NCBI GenBank assembly: GCA_037975865.1
Contig: JBANFU010000127.1
Coordinates: forward strand, 1-32,814
Source: Bacteroidota bacterium
GTDB lineage: Bacteria > Bacteroidota > Bacteroidia > NS11-12g > UBA955
Direction: 5' to 3'
DNA length: 32,814 nt
Position numbers and translations under genes: made by a program
The notes under the pieces: generated by a model
Seen by the model: only the letters and a program-made list of their open reading frames with translations
The model's database searches: none
What the model was told of the DNA's origin: nothing
Shown: in pieces, positions 17,623-26,859 of the stretch
Position numbering within the stretch: the stretch's first letter is position 1
How the letters are laid out: every line of letters begins with the position of its first letter

Positions 17623-18711
17623 TCACATCAAACGTTGATAGGCGCGCCACCAACGATCTGGCATTTCATCGGCACACACTTGCTCGTAATCTCTGTACGA
17701 ACAGCCAATGAAAAACGTCCGCTTATCATAGGGGTGAGGAATTTCCATCCACCAGCGGTTGCTTTTTCTACTCTTATAGAACACGATTTCATGACCCGTA
17801 GAACTCAACCGATTCCGATAAATTAAAAATTCCGTGGAATCATGGGTTGGATGGTCGTGGTATCGACTTGTAAACCCATCTACGAAATACCAGACCATTT
17901 GGGCCAACAAATCGGTGGAAGCCTCATCCTGCATGTCTGATTTCAACCCATAGAAAAAGGCCGATGACAACTGATTCGAAATACCCGCGTAGCGCGCAAT
18001 TCGCGCCGCTTCCTCGGCATACAATCCGTTGGGAGAACCCAATTGCGTAGCCGGCGCGTCACATTTGCGAATGGAATTCAAGTCAAACTGCAAAATATGA
18101 GCACTCCGTAAAATCGGTTCTGTCTCCTCAATCGAATCCCTCACTTCACCCAATCGGTGGTTTTCGAAATACATTTTCTCCAATAACGCTGCCGTGCTCT
18201 CCGAAATGTAATAAGCCTGGGTGGCCAAAAAATCAATGTTGAATAAATTGGAGGGCTTCTCTACCAAGATAGAACGCAGCGGCGTACCTTCTTCCATATC
18301 GATGCCCGGTGTAACCTGAACGATTTCAACAGGTGTGTCATGCTGTCGGTAAGCCTTGTAATGTCCGTAAATCAGACTGTCACTTCCACCCACAACTACT
18401 ACGTGAATGCCCATACCCAACAACTCACCCATCGCCTCGCTCAAAGCAAATTGTCGCTGTTTTTCGTCGTCCGTTTCCACCAAATTTCCCAAATCGGCCA
18501 TGACCAAATCGCCAAATCGCCATTGTAAACGGTAAAACGACTGTCTGAAAGCGTCCGCACCCGCACCACTACCAATGAGTACCAACTTGGTTTTTTTGAG
18601 CTTGGGAAACGCCTTCCCATGCACCAATAACTTGCCTCCAACGGTTTCCTTACGATCGCGGTGCGGTGCCCAAACCGATTCGTCAATGGGGGTAAAAAAT
18701 GCGTCCAACAT
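17623..18711 (-). CDS. Arginase/formimidoylglutamase-fold protein (Bacteroidota type, degenerate metal site)
   Basis: Motifs ADLGNL, VVVGGS, SPNGLYAEEA, AQMVWYF, and C-terminal FYKSRKSNRWW...CSYRDY...PDRWW. The canonical DxHxD motif is absent. Confidence 0.8.
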   Translation of the reverse strand: MLDAFFTPIDESVWAPHRDRKETVGGKLLVHGKAFPKLKKTKLVLIGSGAGADAFRQSFYRLQWRFGDLVMADLGNLVETDDEKQRQFALSEAMGELLGMGIHVVVVGGSDSLIYGHYKAYRQHDTPVEIVQVTPGIDMEEGTPLRSILVEKPSNLFNIDFLATQAYYISESTAALLEKMYFENHRLGEVRDSIEETEPILRSAHILQFDLNSIRKCDAPATQLGSPNGLYAEEAARIARYAGISNQLSSAFFYGLKSDMQDEASTDLLAQMVWYFVDGFTSRYHDHPTHDSTEFLIYRNRLSSTGHEIVFYKSRKSNRWWMEIPHPYDKRTFFIGCSYRDYEQVCADEMPDRWWRAYQRLM

Positions 18712-18845
18712 GCTTCACGAAAATCCCTAACACCCAGACCATTGGCAAATCAATGAATCCACATGACTACAATAATGGAATCGAGCGACCCAAATGGTCA
18801 CTACTAAGGGTTTACTTACAACCCAAAAAAAGACCTGTATACCGC

Positions 18846-19742
18846 TTACGGGGTAATGGTTGCCTCAACCCAATCATAGGAGCCGAGTGCCCCAACAGCA
18901 TCGTTACTCCAGTTGGAATACAACAAGACGGGCTCAGCAAATGGGTTATCCGAAACCTGTAAATCACGCAAATAACGCTCCTTGTATCCTTCGTCCATCA
19001 CCCAAAATGTACCCGCACACTCGTGTAAAATCAAAGGGTCTGTTGGCGTTCCACCTCCCGGACCCATGTCCATGAAAATTCGGTCGTTGAAGAAATACCG
19101 CAAAGTATCGGCCGACTTGCCCTCCGCAATGCCTTCATTGCTGAAAAATAGCTCACTGCCATAAAAATCGCCCTGACCGTCTTCCATCACCATGTTGAAT
19201 TTGGGCGCGTAAAAAAAGCCCGTCTTGGTTGTGCCCGATTTCAATTCCATCGCCACATTCACGCTCTGACCGCCCCAATTGTTGGCCTCCAATTTGCCAA
19301 TGCGATATTGACCAATTAACAAATCGGTTTCTTTCAATGCGGGTGGAACCGTGGTCTTGGAAAAATAGGTTGACCCATCCTTGAGTACCACATCCACACG
19401 ATATTCATGTTCGTTCACTATAGGCAAGGCAAAAGCACGTATGCGATACAACATGATCGCAGAATCAAACGGAATCCTCACTGATTTACCCACGGTGATA
19501 TCCGTGATTGTTACGGTAGCATCTCCAATGCGAGGCACTTCATAATCCTGTGGACCGAAATACGGTTTGGTGTAACCCAACTCCACCGTAATATTCGGGT
19601 CCTTCGGTGATAAATAGCAGGTAATTGCGGTCCGTTTTTTATACGTGGGCAAATCCACTGTAGCATCTTGGTCATAACACCCCGTGGCCAAAATCACCAC
19701 CGACAACACACCACCAATCCAACGAAAAATATTGTTCATCAT
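18846..19742 (-). CDS. DUF4249-like lipoprotein
   Basis: Lipobox-like ILATGC. Motifs DATVTITD, TTVP, DNPFAEPVLLYSN, GALG. Lies directly downstream of a TBDR. Confidence 0.78.
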   Translation of the reverse strand: MMNNIFRWIGGVLSVVILATGCYDQDATVDLPTYKKRTAITCYLSPKDPNITVELGYTKPYFGPQDYEVPRIGDATVTITDITVGKSVRIPFDSAIMLYRIRAFALPIVNEHEYRVDVVLKDGSTYFSKTTVPPALKETDLLIGQYRIGKLEANNWGGQSVNVAMELKSGTTKTGFFYAPKFNMVMEDGQGDFYGSELFFSNEGIAEGKSADTLRYFFNDRIFMDMGPGGGTPTDPLILHECAGTFWVMDEGYKERYLRDLQVSDNPFAEPVLLYSNWSNDAVGALGSYDWVEATITP

Positions 19743-19750
19743 GACTTTGC

Positions 19751-22156
19751 TTAACGAAATTTATAAGTCCAACTTAGAGACGGAATCATTGGAAACAGCG
19801 TGGCCTTTTTCAAGGTCCGTACCGTTCCAGCGTCATTCAACTGACCATAGTAAAAGAAGGGATTGTAACGATTGTAGGCGTTGTAAAAACTCAATTCCCA
19901 CGTTTGTATACCCCGTTTTTTCTCTTTCTTGAACTGCAAGCCCACATCCAAACGATGATAAGCCTCCATCCTGAAACTGTTGCGCTTGCCGTAATCGATC
20001 AGCTCGTTGTTAAAAAACCCAGCCGCCGCATCCCAGACTTCAGGAAACGAACCCATGTAATGGCCCGAACCCCGCAAATATCCCTGTGGCATCGTGATCG
20101 CATTGCCGGTGCCATAAACCCACGTTGCAGACGCCGTGAACAATTTACTCAATCGATAAATGCAAACAATAGAAGCATCATGCCTTCTATCGTACTTGGC
20201 GTAGTATTTCAACCCCTGATTAACCTCGTCGAACTGCAATTGCGTCCAACTCAATGTATAGCCTATCCATCCACTCAACTTGCCTACCTGCTTTTGCAAG
20301 AACACTTCTGCTCCGTAGCTCCAGCCCAATCCACTGGTAACTTGGCTTTCCCATGCTTTATCATTGGTGGAAACATTGGGATTGAAGAAGTCATCGCCCA
20401 ATAAAAACAAAGCCCCCTCTTTGTAGGTGATTACGTTGCTCATGGTCTTGTAATACCCTTCTACGCTCAACGAAAATCCCTTATTAAAATCCTTGGCAAT
20501 GCCCGTGGCCAACTGTTGACTTTGCATCGGTTTCACATTGGCCGTTGCCGGAACCCATAAATCAGTTGGCAATCCAATGCCCGTACTGCTCAACAAATGA
20601 ATGTATTGATTCATCAGAGCATAGCTCGCCTTCAAAGCCAAATCCTTCCGGATATTGTAGGCCATACTCAAACGAGGCTCGGGGTTCAATACCTGTTTAT
20701 TCTCTACCACATAATGACTCAATCGCAAACCGGGATAAAAGTTCCATGCCCCCTCCCGCCATTGATCCTCCACATACACCCCACTTTCATAGGTGTTGAT
20801 GACCTTGATTTTGCGGTTGAAATTAAAATTTGAACCCACTTTCAAGACGATGGCACTCGGACTGAATTGATGGTTAATCGTTGAAAACCCAGCGCGAATC
20901 ATGTGCTTGGGATTGGGCCTGAAATCCACGTCGTACTTCACCCCGTAATCGTTGATGGTACTGGAATATCCCAACTCGAACTGACTTGTGTCGTTTTCCT
21001 TTTGTAGGATGTTAATGCTCAAATCATAGTGACTGTAAATCAATGCGGTATTCGCAAATGTCCTGGGGTTGAACTGATGATTCCATCGACCCGTCAATGT
21101 CTTATTTCCCCAGCCAAAATTGGTTTTAAATTGCGATTTTGCCTGTTTGTCGTTCAGGTAAAATTTATCACGACCAAAATACCCGGATACGTATAGTTTG
21201 TCTTTGTTCGACAGGATATAATTGGCCTTGGCGTTCATGTCGTAGAAGTAATACCCTGCATTCGCGCCATTGGTACTTGCCATAATCAAAGGCTGAACCA
21301 ACGCATCCAAATACGTTCGACGTCCAGATATCATGAATGAACTTTTTCCTTTGACGATGGGCCCCTCAAAGACCGCACGAGAACTAATCACGCCAACACC
21401 CACCTCGCCAGCAAATTTCTTGTTATTGCCCTCCTTCATGTTCATGTCGATCACACTCGACAACCGTCCACCGTACCGGGAAGGGAACCCGCCTTTAACC
21501 AACTCCACACTGCGCAAGGCATCGCCGTTGAACAAAGAGAAAAATCCAAATAAATGACTGGCGTTGTATACAATCGCTTCATCTAAAACAATCAAATTCT
21601 GGTCGGGACCCCCGCCTCGAACGTAAATGCCCGACTGTCCTTCCCCGCCCTTCTGCACGCCGGGCATCAACTGTATCACTTTCAACACGTCTTTTTCGCC
21701 CAAAAGAGCCGGAATTTCTTTGATCTGCTGCACCGGAATGTCGATCCTGCTCATATCGGCACGATCCGCGATGGTCGTCTTTTTCGCCTTAATTTCAACT
21801 GCACCCATCGACTCAACAACTTGGATAGCCGACAATTCGATGTTTACTGCTGTATCCGCTTTGGCCGTCCAATACACACTGTCGGCATAAAAACCGGGAA
21901 ATCGAAAATACACCCACTGGGCTTGTCCGATAGGAATGGTGATGGAATAAAACCCGTAGCTGTTGGATAACGTTCTGCTGGCATTGGGTGTGGCAGCAAT
22001 CACCACGCTGCCCAACATTTCACCGCTGCTTTTTTCGCGCAGATAGCCACTGATACTGGCCTTGGAACTGGGCGATTGGGCCTGGATTGGATGGGCTGAA
22101 CTCACCAATAAGCCAAACACAAGGAACCAAGATTTGCTTAACAATCGACAGATCAT
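19751..22156 (-). CDS. TonB-dependent receptor (DUF4249-associated type)
   Basis: Motifs PALLGEKDVLKVIQLMPGV, YVRGGGPDQNL, HLFGFFS, KGGFPSRYGGRLSSV, PTDLW, YHRLD, and C-terminal WTYKFR. Confidence 0.93.
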   Translation of the reverse strand: MICRLLSKSWFLVFGLLVSSAHPIQAQSPSSKASISGYLREKSSGEMLGSVVIAATPNASRTLSNSYGFYSITIPIGQAQWVYFRFPGFYADSVYWTAKADTAVNIELSAIQVVESMGAVEIKAKKTTIADRADMSRIDIPVQQIKEIPALLGEKDVLKVIQLMPGVQKGGEGQSGIYVRGGGPDQNLIVLDEAIVYNASHLFGFFSLFNGDALRSVELVKGGFPSRYGGRLSSVIDMNMKEGNNKKFAGEVGVGVISSRAVFEGPIVKGKSSFMISGRRTYLDALVQPLIMASTNGANAGYYFYDMNAKANYILSNKDKLYVSGYFGRDKFYLNDKQAKSQFKTNFGWGNKTLTGRWNHQFNPRTFANTALIYSHYDLSINILQKENDTSQFELGYSSTINDYGVKYDVDFRPNPKHMIRAGFSTINHQFSPSAIVLKVGSNFNFNRKIKVINTYESGVYVEDQWREGAWNFYPGLRLSHYVVENKQVLNPEPRLSMAYNIRKDLALKASYALMNQYIHLLSSTGIGLPTDLWVPATANVKPMQSQQLATGIAKDFNKGFSLSVEGYYKTMSNVITYKEGALFLLGDDFFNPNVSTNDKAWESQVTSGLGWSYGAEVFLQKQVGKLSGWIGYTLSWTQLQFDEVNQGLKYYAKYDRRHDASIVCIYRLSKLFTASATWVYGTGNAITMPQGYLRGSGHYMGSFPEVWDAAAGFFNNELIDYGKRNSFRMEAYHRLDVGLQFKKEKKRGIQTWELSFYNAYNRYNPFFYYGQLNDAGTVRTLKKATLFPMIPSLSWTYKFR

Positions 22157-22163
22157 AAAGATG

Positions 22164-22171
22164 CAAACTTA
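22164..22171 (-). promoter_or_regulatory. Bacteroidota sigma -7 box
   Basis: TAAGTTTG lies 7 nt upstream of the TBDR ATG. Confidence 0.6.
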
Positions 22172-22227
22172 GGCATACGCCACAGCATTTTGGTATTGAA
22201 AGGTGGTCTGTTCGACGAATTAACCGG

Positions 22228-23031
22228 TTAAATGGCTACCGGTGCTTTGATTCCAGGATGGGGATCGTAACCCTCCAAGGTGAAATCTTCAAAGGTGAAA
22301 TCAAACAAATCTGTCACAGACGGATTCAATTTCATGGTAGGATAGGGTCTAGGCTCTCTCGACAACTGCAATTGAACCTGCTCCATGTGGTTGCTGTAAA
22401 TGTGCGCATCGCCAAAGGTGTGCACGAAATCGCCAGGCTGCAAACCACAAACCTGTGCCATCATCATCGTGAGTAGGGCATAACTGGCAATGTTAAATGG
22501 CACGCCCAAGAACAAATCCGCGCTGCGCTGGTATAGCTGACAACTCAATTTTCCATTGGCCACATAGAACTGAAACATGGTATGACAAGGCATCAACGCC
22601 ATTTGCTTGATTTCTCCCACGTTCCAAGCATTGACTAAAATCCGACGACTGTCGGGACTGTTTTTTATCAAATGCAACGCCTCGGCAATTTGGTCAATAA
22701 CAGATCCGTCCTTGGCCTCCCAAGAACGCCACTGCTTGCCGTAAACAGGACCCAAGTTGCCATCAGCATCGGCCCATTCATCCCAAATACTCACGCCATG
22801 CTCTTTTAAATAGGCGATGTTTGTTTCTCCCTTCAAAAACCACAACAATTCATAGACGATGCTCTTCAAGTGCACCTTCTTGGTTGTTATCAGTGGAAAC
22901 CCTTTCTGTAAATCGAAGCGCAACTGTCCGCCAAACACACTAATTGTGCCTGTACCAGTACGATCCGATTTGTGGTCGCCATGCGCCAGAACGTGTCGCA
23001 AAAAATCTTCGTAAACAAATGCAGCGCTCAT
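22228..23031 (-). CDS. thyA: Thymidylate synthase
   Basis: Motifs [31 protein letters not shown], catalytic [26 protein letters not shown]. Start reassigned to the ATG at 23031. Confidence 0.97.
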   Translation of the reverse strand: MSAAFVYEDFLRHVLAHGDHKSDRTGTGTISVFGGQLRFDLQKGFPLITTKKVHLKSIVYELLWFLKGETNIAYLKEHGVSIWDEWADADGNLGPVYGKQWRSWEAKDGSVIDQIAEALHLIKNSPDSRRILVNAWNVGEIKQMALMPCHTMFQFYVANGKLSCQLYQRSADLFLGVPFNIASYALLTMMMAQVCGLQPGDFVHTFGDAHIYSNHMEQVQLQLSREPRPYPTMKLNPSVTDLFDFTFEDFTLEGYDPHPGIKAPVAI

Positions 23032-23049
23032 GAGTGATAGGGGGTTGGA

Positions 23050-23057
23050 CAAAATTA
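23050..23057 (-). promoter_or_regulatory. Bacteroidota sigma -7 box for thyA
   Basis: TAATTTTG on the minus strand, 18 nt upstream of the thyA ATG. Confidence 0.5.
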
Positions 23058-23256
23058 ATTGATTCAAAGACACCCAACGGAAACCGCAGAGAATATTCTC
23101 CAAAACATTTCAACAAATGGTGAGGCGCCCATGAAAATCTTCAAATAAGCGTTAATTTGACACTTATCATGGACTGTGCCACTCAAAATCCCAAAAAAAC
23201 TCCACAAGAATTGATAAAATCGATGGGTACATCCACGTGAAGATGCAAAAAACGCG

Positions 23257-23264
23257 TAAGTTTG
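23257..23264 (+). promoter_or_regulatory. Bacteroidota sigma -7 box for pdhC
   Basis: TAAGTTTG lies 15 nt upstream of the ATG at 23280. Confidence 0.6.
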
Positions 23265-23279
23265 CAAGTCAATACGATT

Positions 23280-24530
23280 ATGGCAGAAGTTGTTAGATTA
23301 CCCAAGATGAGCGACACCATGACAGAAGGTGTCATCGTTAAGTGGAACTACAAAGTAGGTGATACCGTAAAAAGCGGAGACATTTTGGCGGAAGTAGAAA
23401 CCGACAAAGCCACAATGGACATGGAGGTATACGCCAAAGGAACCCTCCTACATTTGGCTTTGAATGAAGGTGATGCAACGCCTGTTGACAGCATCATTGC
23501 TGTGGTAGGAAATCCCGGTGAAGACTTTCAATCACTGTTGGGATCCGCGCCGGCTCCAGCAGCCACACCCGCTGTGGCAGTAGAAGCCGCAGCAACTCCA
23601 GCACCTGTAGCCGCAACGCCTGTAGCAGCCGCTCCTGTGGCAGCCGCACCAGTATCAACCCCCTCTGTTAGCAATGATGAACGATTGAAAGCCAGCCCCT
23701 TGGCCAAAAAATTGGCTGAAGAAAAAGGCATCGACATCACACAGATACAAGGCAGCGGAGAAAACGGCAGAATTGTGAAGAAAGACATCGAAACCTTCAC
23801 CCCCGCGGCAACCAAAGCGTCTGCTGTAGCCGTAGTACCTGCCGGTGAAGAGAGTTTCCATGAAGTGAACGTATCGCAAATGCGTAAAACCATTGCCTCT
23901 CGTTTGGGTGAAAGCAAATTCTCTGCACCCCACTTCTATCTTACCCTAGAAATCAACATGGACAAAGCCACACAGGCACGTGAACAAATGAACACGGTGA
24001 GCGATGTGAAAATTTCCATGAACGATATCGTAATCAAGGCAGCCGCCGCCGCTTTGCGCAAAAACCCCAACATCAACTCAAGTTGGTTGGGTACAAAAAT
24101 CCGCTACAACCATCACATCCACATTGGCGTGGCCATGGCTGTTGAAGATGGTTTGCTGGTTCCTGTGGTTCGCTTTGCCGACAACAAATCACTAAGCCAA
24201 ATCAGCAGCGAAGTGAAAGAATACGGCAAAAAAGCCAAGGAAAAGAAACTACAACCCCAAGACTGGACAGGCAATACCTTTACAATCAGCAACTTGGGTA
24301 TGTTCGGTATCGATGAGTTTACCGCCATCATCAACCCACCTGATGCGTGCATTTTGGCTGTAGGTACCGTAAAGGATACCGTGGGCGTTGTAAACGGTGA
24401 GATAAAACCCGTGAAAACCATGAAGGTTACGCTGAGCTGTGACCACAGAGTCGTAGACGGTGCCATGGGTGCCCAGTTCTTGAAAACACTGAAAGAATAT
24501 CTAGAAGAGCCCTACCGATTATTGGTATAA
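23280..24530 (+). CDS. pdhC: Pyruvate dehydrogenase E2, dihydrolipoamide acetyltransferase (one lipoyl domain)
   Basis: Lipoyl motif EVETDKAT, Ala/Pro linker, E3-binding ASPLAKKLA...GSGENGRI, TFTISNLGM, catalytic DHRVVDG. Confidence 0.95.
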   Translation: MAEVVRLPKMSDTMTEGVIVKWNYKVGDTVKSGDILAEVETDKATMDMEVYAKGTLLHLALNEGDATPVDSIIAVVGNPGEDFQSLLGSAPAPAATPAVAVEAAATPAPVAATPVAAAPVAAAPVSTPSVSNDERLKASPLAKKLAEEKGIDITQIQGSGENGRIVKKDIETFTPAATKASAVAVVPAGEESFHEVNVSQMRKTIASRLGESKFSAPHFYLTLEINMDKATQAREQMNTVSDVKISMNDIVIKAAAAALRKNPNINSSWLGTKIRYNHHIHIGVAMAVEDGLLVPVVRFADNKSLSQISSEVKEYGKKAKEKKLQPQDWTGNTFTISNLGMFGIDEFTAIINPPDACILAVGTVKDTVGVVNGEIKPVKTMKVTLSCDHRVVDGAMGAQFLKTLKEYLEEPYRLLV

Positions 24531-24539
24531 CAAAAATCT

Positions 24540-24565
24540 AAGGGCTGCTACCGCAGCCCTTTTTT
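24540..24565 (+). terminator. Intrinsic terminator after pdhC
   Basis: Stem AAGGGCTGC-tacc-GCAGCCCTT followed by a T run. Confidence 0.85.
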
Positions 24566-24570
24566 ATGCT

Positions 24571-25059
24571 ATGAAACTCAAGTTTAATCACATACAAGAC
24601 CTGTCAGACGCCCGCTATGCTGCCGCCGCCATGGCAGAATGGATCGGTTTCCGCGTGGGTGAAATTCCACTGCAACAAGTCCAAGAAATTATTGGTTGGT
24701 GCGCCGGACCCAAACTCACCCTGGAATTACACAACACCCACATCAAAGACATGGCCATCAGTTGGTGCGATATCCTGCCAGTGGATGCCATTGAATGTCG
24801 CGCCGCCGACCTTCCCTTTTGGCAAGCCGCCCTCACCAACCCCTCCTATGAATGGATCACCCTGGATGAAACTACAGCCACAGTTCACAGTCAACCGCCC
24901 ACCACAATCACATGGGTAGACCCTGCCAATACCGCCCCGGCCCACATCAAATCGATGAATCTCGAAGCCATTTCGTTAAATTGTGAAAAAGAAACGGTGG
25001 TAGGCATGAAAAATTATGACCTTTGGAATGACCTTCTCGAAACCCTAGAAATTTGGTAA
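24571..25059 (+). CDS. Short TrpF-like (phosphoribosylanthranilate isomerase-like) protein
   Basis: N-terminal IQDLSDARYAAA...WIGF...EIIGW and C-terminal E..VGMKNYD...LLETLE resemble a Bacteroidota TrpF-like family. Only 162 aa. Confidence 0.6.
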   Translation: MKLKFNHIQDLSDARYAAAAMAEWIGFRVGEIPLQQVQEIIGWCAGPKLTLELHNTHIKDMAISWCDILPVDAIECRAADLPFWQAALTNPSYEWITLDETTATVHSQPPTTITWVDPANTAPAHIKSMNLEAISLNCEKETVVGMKNYDLWNDLLETLEIW

Positions 25060-25061
25060 TC

Positions 25062-25328
25062 ATGAAAAATACCCTCCCTTTTGCCCTGATTTGTTGTATC
25101 GCCATGGGCTTTGCTGCCTGCTCAAACAACCCCGAAGGGGCTTTCAACGAAGCAGAAAAACACACCCAAGATTCCTTGGACAGTCTCAGCAATGAAGCCT
25201 TGTTCGATGACCTCTATCAAGATACGGCCAAGCAAGATACAGCCACCGCCAAACCGGGTGATGTAACCACCGAAACACTCCCCAAAACTTCTCCAGAAAA
25301 CACCCCTCTTCAACCCCAACACCCATGA
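25062..25328 (+). CDS. Small hypothetical lipoprotein
   Basis: Signal peptide and lipobox MKNTLPFALICCIAMGFAAC, then an acidic low-complexity mature part. ATGA overlap with asd. Confidence 0.7.
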   Translation: MKNTLPFALICCIAMGFAACSNNPEGAFNEAEKHTQDSLDSLSNEALFDDLYQDTAKQDTATAKPGDVTTETLPKTSPENTPLQPQHP

Positions 25329-26332
25329 AAATTGCCGTTGTAGGCGCCACCGGACTGGTGGGCACAAAAATGCTCGAAGTATTGGCTGAACGCCACTTCC
25401 CCATCACTGAACTATTACCCGCAGCCTCCGCCAAAAGCGTGGGCAAAACCATCGAATTTCAAGGCAAAACCTATCCCATTGTCTCGTTGCAGGAAGCGGT
25501 TGATGCCAAACCCCACATCGCAATTTTTAGCGCCGGAGGTAGCGTAAGTACAGAATGGGCACCCAAATTCGCCGCCAACAACACCTTCGTCATCGATAAC
25601 TCCAGCGCCTGGCGCATGGATCCCTCAGTGCCCCTGGTCGTGCCTGAAGTAAACCCCGATGCTATCCAACCCCACCATAGAATCATCGCAAATCCCAACT
25701 GCTCTACCATCCAAATGGTGGTGGCTCTCAAACCCCTGCACGACGCCTATCAACTGCAACGTGTGGTGGTAAGTACCTATCAAAGCGTGACCGGTACCGG
25801 ACAAAAAGGCGTTGCCCAATTGCTCGCAGAAAGAGCCAATCAGCCCGTAGAGGCGGTATACCCTCATCCCATCGACCTCAATGCCTTGCCGCATATTGAT
25901 GTCTTCCTCGACAACGGCTATACCAAAGAAGAATGGAAAATGATGGTGGAAACCCGCAAAATTATGGACATTCCTGCGCTGAATATCACCGCCACCACCG
26001 TGAGAATCCCTGCCATGGGCGGCCATTCAGAGAGCGTCAATGCGTCGTTTGCTCACCCGTTCGACCTCGAAGAAGTCAAGTCTCAATTGGGCCAAGCCCC
26101 CGGCGTGACCCTACAAGACGATCCCAAAAGCAACCTTTACCCGATGCCCATCACCTGTCACGACAAAGACGATGTATTTGTGGGTAGAATCCGCAGAGAC
26201 GACAGCGCACCCAACACCCTCAATATGTGGGTGGTATCAGACAACCTACGCAAAGGCGCGGCCACAAATGCCGTACAAATCGCGGAATTGTTGCTACAGA
26301 AAGATTGGGCCAAGGAACAATTTACCCTTTGA
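25325..26332 (+). CDS. asd: Aspartate-semialdehyde dehydrogenase
   Basis: Motifs GATGLVG, IDNSSAWRM, PLVVPEVN, catalytic NPNCST, STYQSVTG, GHSE, DNLRKGAATNAVQ. Confidence 0.97.
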   Translation: MKIAVVGATGLVGTKMLEVLAERHFPITELLPAASAKSVGKTIEFQGKTYPIVSLQEAVDAKPHIAIFSAGGSVSTEWAPKFAANNTFVIDNSSAWRMDPSVPLVVPEVNPDAIQPHHRIIANPNCSTIQMVVALKPLHDAYQLQRVVVSTYQSVTGTGQKGVAQLLAERANQPVEAVYPHPIDLNALPHIDVFLDNGYTKEEWKMMVETRKIMDIPALNITATTVRIPAMGGHSESVNASFAHPFDLEEVKSQLGQAPGVTLQDDPKSNLYPMPITCHDKDDVFVGRIRRDDSAPNTLNMWVVSDNLRKGAATNAVQIAELLLQKDWAKEQFTL

Positions 26333-26347
26333 GTTGTTAGTCGTATC

Positions 26348-26815
26348 ATGTTGGTCGACAACCCCCAGGATACCGCCGAAGAAACCCCTCAAGACAACAG
26401 GCCACTGGTGTTAAAGGATGCCCTGTTTCAGGGTGATGCCCACAACGCTCCCTATGCCTTGAGCGTGAGCTCTCCTAAAATTGAGCCGATCGACAAACGC
26501 ATGTTGGTGGCCAACGCGCATGAGAGCATGCAACACCAAGCCGAGCAGCAAATTTCCATGCTGAAAAAACAGGCAGAATTGCTCATGAAACAGGCCAAGG
26601 CCATCGAAGATCGACTTTCGCTTTCTCATGCCATTTACAAGGCCGACATCAACTTTGAACCCGTAATACATGGTATTTACCACCTGTATCAAAAAGACGA
26701 TGGCACGCAGATTTTGAGCATGGTGGCACCCTACGAATGGGGAAGAAATGCGCCTTATACCTTTTTGAATACCGTTCGATTGCTGGCCGATCGCACCTGG
26801 GAAATTTTGGCCTGA
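26348..26815 (+). CDS. DUF2452-like protein
   Basis: PY...SSPKI, a coiled-coil segment, and FEPVIHGIYHLY...SMVAPYEW...VRLLADRTW, as recalled for this Bacteroidota family. Confidence 0.7.
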   Translation: MLVDNPQDTAEETPQDNRPLVLKDALFQGDAHNAPYALSVSSPKIEPIDKRMLVANAHESMQHQAEQQISMLKKQAELLMKQAKAIEDRLSLSHAIYKADINFEPVIHGIYHLYQKDDGTQILSMVAPYEWGRNAPYTFLNTVRLLADRTWEILA

Positions 26816-26859
26816 GCGATACCCGCCTCAACCGCTTTTTCAGTTAAACAGACCCGATC

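Noticed and set aside
18805-18832. Hairpin GGGTT-N7-AACCC plus an A run as the DUF4249 terminator
   Set aside because: The stem is only 5 bp, and on the minus strand the T run precedes the stem rather than following it.
22228-23031. thyA as part of the nucleic-acid locus or as a horizontal transfer
   Set aside because: It is 7 kb from the locus with unrelated genes between, and ThyA is too conserved to judge its origin by eye.
23064-23267. 67-aa ORF upstream of thyA
   Set aside because: It has a TTG start overlapping the pdhC -7 box and no motif or coding-like composition.
23545-23665. Imperfect 15-bp repeats (cctgtagc...) as a tandem repeat or CRISPR array
   Set aside because: They encode the normal Ala/Pro/Val linker of PDH E2. 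There are no spacers and no cas genes.
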